Part shown: piece after piece, positions 1-11,755 of the stretch
Numbering within the stretch: position 1 is the stretch's first letter
How the letters are laid out: every line of letters begins with the position of its first letter
NCBI GenBank assembly: GCA_026936335.1
Contig: JAPMXV010000008.1
Location: 124,001 to 188,000, forward strand
Direction of reading: 5' to 3'
Length of the DNA stretch: 64,000 bases
Source: Mantamonas sphyraenae STR306
Lineage: Eukaryota; Protista; CRuMs
Made by a program: the position numbers and the translations under genes
The notes under the pieces: generated by a model
The model's input: the letters and a program-made list of their open reading frames with translations, nothing else
What the model was told of the DNA's origin: nothing
The model's database searches: none

Positions 1-759
1 TCGCCTCGTCCCGCCCGAAGCGTCGGGTCCCCGGGCTACACCAGTTTCCAGGGCGCAGCTGTTCACGACCGTTTGTACGACGAAAACGGCCGCCCGCGTT
101 CGTGGGCCGACCTCAACGATTGCGATCTGGGCGACGTCGGCGCCCGTTTGCTCGCCACGGAACTGTGCAAGCCCAATTGTGCCATCACTTGGCTCAGCAT
201 CAGCGGGAATGGCATTGGAGACGCTGGCGTGGGTGCACTTGCCGCCGGGCTGCTTCACAACACCTCTGTCACCTACCTCAATCTTGAGGGCAACCTGTGC
301 GGCGACGCAGGCGCCCTCAAACTCGCCCTCATGCTGCGCCAGAACCATACCCTGGTGCATCTCAATCTCAACGACAACACACTTACCAAACGGGGCATCG
401 ACACCCTTCTCCAGGTGGCTGCCAAGCGAGAAGACGGCGAGAAACTCGCCCTGCTTCTTGAGGGCGAAGTCGACGAGCAACAGCAGGCACAGGAAAAGGC
501 GCACGGCGACACACAGTCGACTCAGGCGATGGACACAGTCAGCAGCAGCAGCAGCAGCGACGCACCTGCACAAGCACAACGTGCACAGGCTCCCTCGAAA
601 GACAACACTGCCAAGGGCAACAAGCAAGAGACGAGCGGCGCACAACGCAAGCGTGCCAGCAGCGACTCGACCAGTGGCTGGGGATGGGCAGCTGCAGCCG
701 TGGCGGTCGCAGCCGGTGCCACGGCGGCATTTGTCCTCTCTCGCAACCAGCAGCAATGA
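1..759 (+). CDS. RNI-type leucine-rich-repeat protein with C-terminal hydrophobic tail anchor (5' end probably outside the window)
   Basis: Repeats LSISGNGIGDAG / LNLEGNLCGDAG / LNLNDNTLTKRG. Frame 1 is open back to base 1. C-terminal WGWAAAAVAVAAGATAAFVL followed by a short tail. Confidence 0.8.
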   Translation, partial: SPRPARSVGSPGYTSFQGAAVHDRLYDENGRPRSWADLNDCDLGDVGARLLATELCKPNCAITWLSISGNGIGDAGVGALAAGLLHNTSVTYLNLEGNLCGDAGALKLALMLRQNHTLVHLNLNDNTLTKRGIDTLLQVAAKREDGEKLALLLEGEVDEQQQAQEKAHGDTQSTQAMDTVSSSSSSDAPAQAQRAQAPSKDNTAKGNKQETSGAQRKRASSDSTSGWGWAAAAVAVAAGATAAFVLSRNQQQ

Positions 760-829
760 ACCAGTCGGTGTAATGAAGCAGAGTTTGATTTTCTTGCAGC
801 AGCGATTGTCTCTCACTGTGAGCCACCCG

Positions 830-1688
830 TCATCCCTCGGTGGCAAGGTACAACCCCTCGGCTGTCTTCCACAGGTTGTCCCTGTTCTTGGTCTTGTAGC
901 AGGTGACCTCAAACTGGCCAGGAATCGGGTTCTGGTACTGGTGCTTGTGCGAGTGCAGATAGCATTTGGTGGCCACGTGCTGCAGACGCACCGTGCTGTC
1001 TCGCTTCCACATCTTGCTCCCCTGCAGCTCCACACGCCAGTAGTCGCCCGTGTCGCCCGATCCGCCGTCGCCAAACGCACTCACCTCCTGCTGCTGCGTC
1101 AGAGGCGACTTGAAATAATGAGAGTGCAGGTTGCGGCTTGTCGACAGGTGCTCCAGACGCACCTGCTGCCCATTCTTCACCTTCTTGCCCCGTGCGCACG
1201 CTCCGTCCCGGATACCCTTGACCAGCCACAACGAGTTGGGGTCGTTGGCTCCGGGAAAACCCGTCACCGATTGCTGTCCAGATCCAGGATGGTTTCCGTA
1301 CGTCACCTCGTGGCTGTGCAGTCGTGCTCCCGTGCCCACGTGTTGCAACTGTGTCCCATCCTCCTGCGTCAGTGCTCCTGCCGCACGCCGTGTGCATTTC
1401 TTGCGTTTTCCGTCGCACCACGTCATCGTCCCTCCTGCCCTCCGCTCCGTCACCACGCCCTCCTCACGCCTGTGCACCGCCATCCTACGCATGCACACTA
1501 CGCCGCAACTCGTATCCATCTGCCCATGCCTTGCCTACCTTGATCACCGACCCGCACGTGACAAAGCTGTAATCGGCCAGGTCTTCGTCTTCGTCGTCGT
1601 CGTCGCTCTCCTGTGCGTATGCACTGTGCACACTGACCAGCAGCACACACATGCACACGACGGCCACAAACATCCACTTGTTCGACAT
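830..1688 (-). CDS. SDF2: SDF2/SDF2L1 MIR-domain ER protein (2 exons: 1688-1539, 1348-830)
   Basis: Signal peptide MSNKWMFVAVV..., then VTCGSVIK|LQHVGTGARLHSHEVTYG..SGQQSVTG, LHSHYFKSPLTQQQEVSAFG and WKTAEGLY. Intron gtaggc...cacag. Confidence 0.93.
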
Positions 1689-1807
1689 TTCTCCGGTGTG
1701 TGATTCGTTTGTTGTTGGCGTGGCGCGGGCCGCCGACGCAAGCAAAACAAAGTCACCCCGCATCGCCGCATCCACCGTTCCACATACGCTCGCACGCACA
1801 CACAACC

Positions 1808-4716
1808 ATGCGTCGCAATCGAATGCTTCGAATGAATTCGGGGTTGATGTCTGTGGGAAGCCAGAACAGCGGTGTCGACTCGGACGAATGGGAGAGCAGC
1901 AGTGAATCAGACTCAGACTTGTCCATTGGGGCATCTGTTGCCTCGGAATCCATGTCTTTGCCCGTGATCGAACAAGAAGCCACCGGCACCGCCTCACAAG
2001 CCGGTGCCTCCTCCTCCTCCTCCGACCTCGAGGGTGGCAATCCCTCCCTCGACCTGGTCCTCCTCACATACGACCGTGAGCCGCTTGACAAGGACATACC
2101 CGAGTACTGCAACCTCGTCATCCAGGCCTGGGACCTTACTCTTCCGTCTGGCTTTGAGGTGAGCTCCTCACGCATGCCCATCGTTGCCACGCGGCGCAAA
2201 GAGGGCTTTTTGCTCAACTGCCCGCCGCGCCACATCTGCCCCACACATCCCTGACACCGACCATCGCACGCTCCACACAGGCTGTCAAGACTGTCGATGT
2301 GTCCACAGACGCTGAGCATCCATCACTGCTGCAGTACCACAGGGCCTCCAACGTGTATCATTTGTATGTGGACGTGTGGGAGGAGCGCGGACGTCTTTTG
2401 GCAGCAGCGAGTTTGTGCTCACACGGCAAATCCCCCATCCCCAACCCTACCCCCTCCGACCCGTCCTCGTTTCCTTGCACAGCAACATCCCCTCCCTGGA
2501 GCTGGCCAACGTGCGCCTCAAGGCCATCGTGCAGGATGACAAGGGAAAACGCGCCACGGTGGTGGGAGAGAGCTGCCAGTAGCGTGGGCAACGGATACGC
2601 CGGGCGAGGTCAGCGAGTTTGAAGTGCAGCGACACATCCGCAACTCGGAAGACGGAAACGTGCTGATTTTCAAGGTCCGTGTGCTGGTGATTGAGACAGA
2701 CGTGGACCAAGTCAAATCGCCAAAGAAGATGAAGACGAAGAACGGTGCTGGCAGCGGCAAAGGCGGCACCAGCCGCAAGACCACGCGGTTTGAACACACG
2801 CGTGCGGAGCTGCTACAACTGGCAGGGAGCCATGAGGAGGCGTACGTGGCCAGATCGGACGCAGCGCACACGGTGTGGGTGCAGGAGTTGCCCACGGATG
2901 CCACCAACGAAGAAGTGTGGAACTACTTTGAGGGCGCTGGGCCCATCAAGTATGTGCAGATTTTGCAGAAGCCGCTGGTGGGCATGGAAAGCGATGCCTT
3001 TGTGGCCAACACCCAGGCGGTGGTGGTCTTTACAGAGGCTCTGGGCGCAAGCAACGCCGTGGATTTTTTCCACGGCAACATGTTCAAGTCGGAAATCATG
3101 AATGTGATGCCCCTGCCCGAGTGCGGCGCCATTGTCAACGACGACAGTGCGGCGGTGGCATACAAAGAGGTGGCAGCCAGGCAGGGGTCGGACGACGACG
3201 GCGACGACGACGGAGTCGGTTCGGCAGCAAGCGGGAGTCCGCGCAGCAGCGGCGACGACCTGGGACGCCATCGCGACGGCGCTGCGTTGCTTTCTGTCAA
3301 CGAACGCACGGAGGTGGACAAGTACGAGGCGGACAAGATGAAGCGGTATCGCGATGCGGCCGGCGGCGTCGGCAGCGGGCTGGATTTGTGGTCGCAGGCG
3401 TACGAGATGCGGCAATTGGGCAAACCCGTGCCGGGATTGTCCACGCCTCCACCGGAGAGCGGCAGGGCAATGGATGCAGGACTGTCGGAGGACGGCAGCA
3501 CAAGCACGCGCTCGTTCAGCATGGTCAAGATCAGCGAGGGCAGCAACAGCAGCGTGGTGCGCGAGATCGTACGCAGTGACACGGGCAACTCGGTGGCGGT
3601 GGCCCCCGTGACAGAGTACAGCAAACACGGCGATGGTTGGTCGTGTTGGGACGCAGACGACGTGGCGGATTGTTGCAACGCATGCAATCCCATGCGGCTC
3701 AAGGAGGCAGACACCTCGGTGCAGCTGGCCGTGGCCTGCTGCTACTGCTTTGTGCTCATCATCGGCGTCATCCTCTTTGCCGTCTCCTTCCAGCTGCTGA
3801 CCCCAGCCGAGATGGGCCTCGACTACAACTCCTACGCCGTCACCATCGACGAAACAAAGGTGTACGGTGGCGGACGCCACTTTCTCGGCCTGGGCCACTC
3901 GTTTGTGCGCTACCCGTCGACGTTGGTGTACGTGGAGTTTAGTACCAACACGACCACGGCCACGTCAGGCCAATTATTTGCCGCCTCGTCGAGCGGGCAG
4001 CCCATCCTTATTACAGCCAGTGCGTACGTGCGCCTGCAGCGCGAAAACCTGGTCCGCTTGTACAAAGCACTGTCCACGGGCTACATGGCCTCGGTGGTGC
4101 GCATCTTTGCCCAGAGCGTCAAGAACGTGGCGGTACGCTTCGACACGCTGGAGTACTTTACGAACCGCACCGTCATCGGGGATGCCATGACCAGCGAAGT
4201 GCGCAAGGACCTGCGCTCCATTTACGTGGACCTCGTCGACATGCAGCTGCGTGCCATCGACCTGCCGGACAACCTTGAGGAGAAGCTGCTGACCAAGGTG
4301 GTGACAGAGAGCAGCAGGAAAAGACAAAGACGCTGGAGCAGGCCGTGTCGGTTGTACGCGCAGAGACGCGCGTCATTGAAAGCGCCGCCAACGCAACCAT
4401 CACACGCGTCATGGGCACGGCCAACGGCACTGCCATCCGTCTGTTTGCCGACGCTCGCGCTGCTGCCACTCTGGTGATGGAGAACGCACGCAAACGTGCG
4501 TTTGGCGCACTGCAGAGCAAGCTCAACTTTACCGACAACCAGCTGCGTGAGTACATGTACGTGCGCGAAGACGTGTGGGGAGCCGACCGCCTGCAGGATC
4601 TGATCCTCGGCTTTGGCTTGGATCAGATGGGCGCAGGGTTCAACGCGACCGTCAATGGAACAGCCACCGCCGCGGAGAGCAACACGCGCACGTTTATTGT
4701 GCATCCGAATGAATGA
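1808..4716 (+). CDS. Multidomain type II membrane protein: C2-like domain, RRM, TM and SPFH/Band-7 domain (one intron ~2159-2280; three apparent +2 frameshifts at ~2374, ~2567, ~4307)
   Basis: RRM: TVWVQELPTDATNEEVWNYFEGAGPIKYVQI...AVVVF. TM: CFVLIIGVILFAVSF. SPFH: EMGLDYNSY...GRHFLGLGHSFVRYP...YFTNRTVIGDAM...LQLRAIDLP. Removing one dinucleotide at each of three short repeats joins the ORF pieces. The start codon and the C2 call are less certain. Confidence 0.7.
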
Positions 4717-4730
4717 AAGACATGATCAGC

Positions 4731-6122
4731 TCACGTCGTGTTGATGTCTGCCAAAACCTGTCCATCCACCTCCACTCGAGCCTCGTCGCCCTGGGTATCC
4801 CACACACGCGACTGAGACCACACGACACACGCGGCGCCATGCGACAGGCCCCTCTGATGATGTTGAGCCTGGGGCCCGCTGAGAACGGTGAGGGTTTCGC
4901 CTGCCTTGAGCACACACGCACCAGGCAACGTCAGCGACAGATCGTTAGCCACGGCGACCAGCGTGCCACCAGAAAGGTCGATTTCTTCGTCGTGTTCGTT
5001 GGTGATGGTCAGCTTCTCCTGAACGACGTCGAGGCTGAGGTGCAGGCGATGGTCGCTGCCTCCCTGGTGCACACGGCTGATGCACTGGTCGTGCAAGTCA
5101 TACAGCGCCGCCGTGTCCCCGTGGTTGTTCCACATGTAGCGCCTCGTCCACACCAGATGGCCCTCTTTGCCCTGGTGCTGATTTGCCTCGCGCCCGCTCC
5201 AAACACACAGCTTGCCACCCGCGGCCACAGACACCCCAGCCTGGAAATGAAAGGTTTGGCTGCCGGTTACACTCTCCAGTCTCCACCCTTCCAGGCTCAC
5301 GTCCTCACTCCCGTGGTTGGCAATTGTCACACACTCGCGTTCCAGATCCAGGTCTGCCACCGTCACGGAGGAAAACTCGGCACTGGTAAAGTCAAACGCG
5401 TCCACCTCCCTGCCCATCTCGTCGTACAATGTGACATGTTCCTTGCGTGGGTCGAAAACCTGCGTGTCGCTGACGGCAATGTCTGTGGGTGGGTCGTGGC
5501 GCAGTCGCGCGTTCTTTCCAAACCACAGACGCACGTCTGCTTGCGCCTCCACCTCCACACTCTCCTCAATGGACGCCGAGGGCGCACCGGCCTCGTCGTC
5601 CCGTGCCGCAATGGCCCAGCCACGCAGGTCCACGCGCTGCCGCGTGCGCAGGTGCAGTAGGGCCTCGCCGTCGGTGAGGTTGAGCGATTCGATCTGCACG
5701 GCAGCGTCCTCCTGCGCCGCCTCCAGCTCCGACGCCACCCGTTGACGTTTGAAGCCGTGGTAGTTGCCCACGTGGGTCATATGCACCACCTCGCCGTGTC
5801 GGTTGCACAGGTTGACGATGTCTTCGTTGTGCAGGTTCCACTTGGCCACCGACGCCGTCCAGTGCAGCGACGGCCGCTCCGGTGCGTACTCTCGTGTGGG
5901 ACACACCACCACATCGAGGGTATGGCCATGGAGCAGGGACAGCGAGGACGGAAACGTGAACCGTCTCGACTCGTGGGCTGGAAACACAAGCGACCAGCCG
6001 CTGAGCAGCAGATCCAACGTCGTGCCGTTGTCCACACGCAGCACCAGTTCGCCATCCGTGTGCCTTTCCACACACAGAGTCACCGCGTCGTGGTGCACAT
6101 CCTCCAGCGAGCGTTTTGACAT
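4731..6122 (-). CDS. Protein of four tandem lamin-tail (LTD, Ig-fold) domains
   Basis: Four units with the LTD pattern, e.g. VTIANHGSEDVSLEGWRL...FHFQAGVSVAAGGKLCVWSG...LVWTRRYMWNNHGDTAALYD. Intronless, 463 aa. Confidence 0.8.
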   Translation of the reverse strand: MSKRSLEDVHHDAVTLCVERHTDGELVLRVDNGTTLDLLLSGWSLVFPAHESRRFTFPSSLSLLHGHTLDVVVCPTREYAPERPSLHWTASVAKWNLHNEDIVNLCNRHGEVVHMTHVGNYHGFKRQRVASELEAAQEDAAVQIESLNLTDGEALLHLRTRQRVDLRGWAIAARDDEAGAPSASIEESVEVEAQADVRLWFGKNARLRHDPPTDIAVSDTQVFDPRKEHVTLYDEMGREVDAFDFTSAEFSSVTVADLDLERECVTIANHGSEDVSLEGWRLESVTGSQTFHFQAGVSVAAGGKLCVWSGREANQHQGKEGHLVWTRRYMWNNHGDTAALYDLHDQCISRVHQGGSDHRLHLSLDVVQEKLTITNEHDEEIDLSGGTLVAVANDLSLTLPGACVLKAGETLTVLSGPQAQHHQRGLSHGAACVVWSQSRVWDTQGDEARVEVDGQVLADINTT

Positions 6123-6220
6123 CCGCGGGTCGTTGTGTGATGGTCTGGCCGCGCACGGGGGCCCCCAGCCATTCCCGCCTCACTTTCTCCTCCTTTGTCC
6201 TTGCCAACCCGCCGCCGTCG

Positions 6221-7128
6221 ATGTCATCATCTGCCATGCGACGTGTGCCGTCGCTGCGCAAGCGTGTGTTGTATGCAGACAAGCATGTGATGGCGATTTC
6301 CAAGCCGTACGGAGTGGCGACCCAGGGAGGCAGCAAGCAAGGGGAACGACACATTGCAGCTGCGTTGGACAGCCTGCGCATGGGCGACGAGGACGAACCG
6401 CCACGTTTGGTGCATCGTTTGGACAAACACACGACGGGTGTGTTGCTTCTGGCACGCACGTCGGTGGGTGCCAAGCGTCTCACCAAGGCGCTGGCCACGC
6501 AACGCATCGCCAAAACCTACGCCGGGGTCGTGCTTGGCTGTCCGCCACAGCGACAGGGAGTGGTGCGAGCCACGGTGGACAAGGGTGGACGCATGGGTCA
6601 CCGAAAGATGCAAGTGGTGGTGGGGACCGGCTCCCACAACGATGGCAAACACATCACACACTACCGGGTGTTGGACACACGCACGCCAACGCAGCAAGCA
6701 TGGTGGTGTTTCGTCCAACCACTGGGCGCAAGCATCAGGTGCGCGTGCACACGGCGTCTGTGCTGGGCTGCCCGCTGCTGGGCGACCGCAAGTACGGCTT
6801 CAGCGACGGCATGAACCAAGACACGCGCCACCTGTTCCGTGGAAGGCCCTCCCATGAGCCGCAACTCCATCTACACGCCCTTCAAGTGTCCATTCCATTT
6901 CTCTTTGGCGCCCACGAACCCCTGTCCGCCTCCGAACTGGATCGCCACGGCCTGGCCTACCTCAACCGCACCGACATTGTTGTGGACCCGTCCGCACGCA
7001 CCCTCACCATCCGCTGTCCCGTACCGGCACACTTTGAACGCACCGCTCGGCTATTTGGGTTTGCCGACCCCATGGAGGCAGTGTTGGCGGAGGAGTTGCA
7101 GGACGGGGTGACGGAAACAACGCTCTAG
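6221..7128 (+). CDS. RluA/RPUSD-family pseudouridine synthase (apparent +2 frameshift at ~6676)
   Basis: Motifs ISKPYGVATQGG, LVHRLDKHTTGVLLLA (catalytic Asp), PTTGRKHQVRVH...PLLGDRKYG and LHLHA. Confidence 0.9.
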
Positions 7129-7152
7129 CAGTGCATTGGTTGCCACCCGCCC

Positions 7153-8281
7153 CTACCTCTCTTTACCCAATCCAGGCACATTGGGTGTAGGTGCGGCTGC
7201 CGCCCTGGCGTGTGCACCGAGCGACAGTTGCTCCTTGAGGGCGTCAAACTCGGTTTTCACCATGCGATTGCACAGCCGATCGAGCCACACCAGCGCCAAT
7301 TGTTTGTATCCATCGCCCGAAGGCATCCATGGTGTGCGTCCAGAATACAAAGCCTCGCCGTCGCGCAGTCTCGAGTCGCGCATGTCCACTCCCAGCAGCA
7401 CATTCGGCTCCCCAAACGCAGCCTGCAGCTCTGCATCCTCGTCGTCCTCCTCCTCCTTCTCGCGCCCGCTGCCACCTCGCTTGCCCCGTCCCCGTTTGGA
7501 AGCCGAAGCCGATGACGATGATGATGATGACGACGACGATGACGCTTGGGCATCCTTGGATGCCTGTGCGTCGGCGTGTTTGGCGGCCTCGGCAGCTGCC
7601 AGGGCAGCGTTCTTGAGGCGTACGTTGCGCACGGCGTTGCGAGGCAGGGTGTGTGCACCGTGGCGAGGAAGGGTGCTGTACTCGGGCCAGGTGCTGACAA
7701 AGACGGTCTTGCCCATGGCGGCGAGGGCACGCGCGATTGCCAGCTGGTTGTGCAGGGAGTCGGACACACCCACGCCTCGTTCGTTGTCCGCGTAGCCAAA
7801 CATGAGCAGGACCACAGAGGCGTCGTACAGCTGCGACTGGTCTGCCGCAAACGTGCTCTCAAACAGGTTGCTTCCAGCTGGCAAGAGACCCCCGAGGACG
7901 CCGGATGACGCGGCGGTGCCGGCGGCGTCGGCCGTGGGAAGCCAGTCCGCCGTGGTGCTGCCCACCACACCTGCGTTGTGGAAGGTCCATGCACACTTGA
8001 CCTTGGGACGCAGTCGTGGCAGGTGCCTGGCCAGGTGGCGAGCTAGGCCAGGCACGCGTCCGGGCGTCACCAGGTCACCCAGACCCGCTGCCCATTCGTC
8101 GCCCACCACCACCACCTTGTGGTAGGTCGGCGACTCCAGACCAGCCGACCCCTGGCTCAGGAACTGGTTCAGACGAAGCCAGTACACAGACAGCCATTGC
8201 AACCCCGACGCGCCCACGTACCCAAGCAGACTAAATCACGCGCACAATCGGCGACAGCAGCGTCTCCAGCAAACCCGCCAT
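7153..8281 (-). CDS. SGNH/GDSL hydrolase-fold protein, probably degenerate (apparent +1 frameshift at ~8232)
   Basis: VVVVGDEWAAGLGD (block I lacking the canonical Ser), FHNAGVVGSTTADW, VLLMFGYADN and PSGDGYKQLA. ATG at 8281 is in frame after removing one T. Confidence 0.65.
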
Positions 8282-8287
8282 CGGCCA

Positions 8288-9026
8288 ATGGTTGGTTGAC
8301 GATGCGCGAGTCATCTTCCCAGGTTTCACTCACTCACCCTCCCTCCCCCCCCCACCTCCCCCATTCCTCAGAATCGCACGCAGGAGATACTGCGTATCAA
8401 CGACCGGGAACTGGAGCTGGGTCTGTGCGGCACCAGCGGATCCTGGCACGCAGAGTACCGTGGCTGTCCGTACATTTTCGTGGGCGGCTTGTCCTTTCAA
8501 CTCACCGAGGGCGACCTGGCCGTGTGCTTCTCTCAGTTTGGTGAGCTGTTCCACTGCCGTCTCGTGCGTGACAAGGAAACCGGCGAGAGCAAAGGGTTCG
8601 CCTTTCTCGGCTACGACGACGTCCGTAGCTGCGTCCTCGCCGTCGACAACTTTAACGGGGTCAAACTTGCAGGTCGTATGATCAGCGTCGACCATGCCGC
8701 CAACTACGAGCCACCCGAAGAGGAGGAGGAGGAGGACGAGGAAGGAGGAAGAGGAAGAGGAGCGGCAGGCGGCGGAAAGTGCGTCCCTGGACGACGCAGC
8801 AGATGCACAAAGCAAAGCGGAGCGCAAGCAGAGACACGCAGAACGCAAAGCACGCAAGGAGGAGCGTAGGCGGAGGCGGGAAGCAAAGCAAAAGCGGCGT
8901 GCAGAGCGAGCCAAACGCAAGCAACTTGCCCATCTGGTGGAAGACCAAGACGACGCAGGCGCCCCAGCTGCCAAACGGCAACGACACGACAGCGACGATG
9001 ACAGCGGAAGCAGCGACGATGAGTGA
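8288..9026 (+). CDS. RBMX2: RBMX2/Ist3/Snu17 RES-complex splicing factor (ATG-only first exon, intron 8291-8371; apparent frameshift at ~8744)
   Basis: NRTQEILRINDRELELG...SWHAEYRGCPYIFVGGLSFQLTEGD...LVRDKETGESKGFAFLGY.D.RSCVLAVDNFNG...ISVDH, followed by a charged tail. Confidence 0.9.
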
Positions 9027-9063
9027 CACGGGAAGTGATGATAATCGACACATTGCATTGCCC

Positions 9064-10247
9064 TCAGCACAGACAGCCGTCTTCGTCTTCCTCCTCCTTC
9101 AGCGTCAAGCCCTTCTCGCCGCTGGTCGTGTTGGAGCCCAGCGAGGTGGGCAGCATGTGCGATACCAGTTCGGTGGCCGCCTTGTTGATGTTGGTGTTCT
9201 CCTTGGCAGACGTGAGGAACCTACGTGTGTGTGTGTGTGTGCGTGTGTGTGTGCGTGCAAGCGTGTGTCAGACAACCATGGCACCACCCCCTTCCCATCT
9301 CATTCACATTCACCCATCATTCATCCAACACCACACAGACACACGCATGTGTCTGTGCCACTGCTTTGCAGCGTTTGCGCACAGCCCAACCGGCACGTAC
9401 CAGCCAACAAAGTTGTGGTCTTTCACAAAGGCCTCCATCTCGTGCTCGGTCTTCACCATGCCGTCCTTCGCCAGGTCCGACTTGTTGCACAGGAGCACTA
9501 CAGGGATGGGTTTGTCGTCTGGAAGGAACACCTTCTCGTCAATGTCCTCCTTCCACGTAATGGCGCCCTCAAACGTCGACGGCCGAGTCACATCGTACAC
9601 CACAAAGCCGCCCACCGCTTCCTTGTAGAACACGCGCGTCATCTTGCCGAAGCGCTCTTGTCCTGTTGCAAACACACACCAATCCCATTGCACGCCCATC
9701 GTTGTTCGCGTCCACCCTCGTACGTGTCAGCATAGTCATCTTGCTCACCATGCACAAGGGGCCTTCTCTGCCCGAAAAGGCAGAAAACGAAATGAAAAAA
9801 GCCCTCCCGCAGCCACGCCTGCCCTCCCTTGCCTCGCAACACATTCCGTTGCCTCACTGCACCACCCACAGGGGCTCGTCCCTCGTTCTCTCTACCCGCT
9901 CCTCCTTACCTGCAATATCCCACAGCTGGAGGCGCACGATCGTGTTGGTGTCCCAGTGAATCACCTTCATGGCAAAGTCCACGCCAATGGTGCTCTTGTA
10001 ATCCAGCGAGAAAACATTGTGCACATATCTCTTCACAATCGACGTCTTGCCCGTGCCTGCGTCTCCCACAATAATAACTTTGAACAACAGCTCTTCCGGC
10101 ACGTCGCCGTCCACGCCAGTTTCGGTAGAGCTCTGTGCCCGACAAACGCCCCCATCCCGGGTCAGTGTCTGCCCTCTCCTCTCCTCTTCTGCCCCTGCAC
10201 CGGCCTCATCCACACCCGGCCTCTTCTTTCTCCTCATCGCTTACCAT
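9064..10247 (-). CDS. RAB32: Rab32/38/29-family small GTPase (4 exons; ATG-only first exon)
   Basis: GDAGTGKTSIVKRYVHNVFS..YKSTIGVDFAMK, the diagnostic WDIAG|QERFGKMTRVFYKEA, NKSD, FLTSAKEN and a C-terminal CLC prenylation motif. Confidence 0.93.
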
Positions 10248-10336
10248 GCTGTTTGGGATTGTTTGCTTGCTTGGGGAAAAGAGTGGCCCGGCGCTCGCGC
10301 TCGCCCAACTCCAACACCCGCTTTCCACTCCTCCAC

Positions 10337-11755
10337 ATGACCCACAACAAGCAGCGCGGCGCTTCACTCGACCAGCAGTTTGATCTCGCCGTCTGGTACA
10401 TCGGCAATGGGCCAGAGGACCGCAAGGTCGACGCAGACCAGTCCACAAAGCTCTCCTTCTACGCCCTCTTCAAGCAAGCCAAAGTCGGCTCCGCTCAGGA
10501 CAACGACCCCAACGGAAGCTACGGCATGTTTGATGTTGCAGGCCGCCTCAAATGGTGTGTACCCATCCATGCACCCCGATTTCTGCCTCGCCCACAACCA
10601 TCCACACTCACCCAACAGGTCCCCAACATCTCGCTTCCTCCGTTTTTACTCACATTCTCCCATCCCCCCACACGACCAGGACTGCATGGAACGACCTCGG
10701 CACCATGTCCAAGGCAGAGGCCCAACAAGGTTACATTGACCTCCTCGAGCGCTTCGATGACACCTGGTATTGGTGGCCGGGCCTCGACAAGAAAAAGGTG
10801 CGCTCGACCCATGGACCATGACTTGCCGACGCTTTTCCTCTGGCCAACCACTCACACAGAGCCAACCACGCCGTGAAACATCTCCACACCTCACTTGCTT
10901 TTGTGGTCCCACGCGTCATCCTGCGGGTTTCCTTGGCGTTCCAGGCTGCCATGGGCGTTTCTGACGAGCCCGAACCCGAACCCGAACCCGAGCCCGTGCA
11001 ACAGCCGCCTTCCGAATCGACCTCTGCCTCCACACAGGCACCCACCACCGCCCACACTCTCACAGACGCGCCATCTACCTCATCCGAACTCCAGATCATC
11101 CACCACAATCTGGCCACGTGTCAATCTATTGTCAATAGCAACGCTCTTGCCGTCAAGGAGCTTGAGGCTGCCGTTCAGCAGCTCGCCTCCAGCGCTTCCC
11201 ACGTCTCTGCCTTGCCCAACGCCTCTGGCGCCTCACCTGCATCCAACCCACACCTTCAGGACTACCAGTCCGTCAAAGCCGAACTCGTAGCCGTCTGCCA
11301 GCAGCTCGAATCTCGAATTTCCACTTACAAGGTGAGTCGCGACCCACATCACACCCCGTTTGCTCACCCACTCACTCACCACTCACTCAACGACCCATCT
11401 GCACTGGTAGGACGAGGTCAACCAGCTCGAGGAGCGTCTCAACCGTCGATCTGCGCAGCTTGGCTCCCAACTACCCAGCACACCATCTCGTAGCTCTTCG
11501 TCCTCCTCCCACGCTGCCACGACTTCTTCCTCTTCTTCATCCTCCTCATCCTCCTCGTCCTCCTTGGGCTCCTCGTCTTCCTCTTCCAAAGCCGTTGGCA
11601 AGAAGAACCGTTCCTCCTCGCCGCTTGCCGTCATTTGGAATGTGCTTCGTTTCATCCTCTCGGTGTTCTCCGGATCTCAGGGCACCTATCCGCTGCTTGC
11701 CGCAGTCATTGTGCTCGCAACCATCGTCGTCTGGCGCCTGCGAAGCGGTGCGTGA
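10337..11755 (+). CDS. Acyl-CoA-binding domain protein with coiled coil and C-terminal TM anchor (ACBD4/5-like; ~3 introns)
   Basis: FDLAVWYI...KLSFYALFKQAKVG...GMFDVAGRLKW|TAWNDLGTMSKAEAQQGYI. C-terminal LLAAVIVLATIVVWRLRSGA. Confidence 0.82.

Noticed and set aside
2426-2482. Possible GC-AG intron in the C2-RRM-SPFH gene
   Set aside because: The segment reads through as plausible C2-domain sequence once the +2 indel at ~2374 is corrected, so no non-canonical intron is needed.
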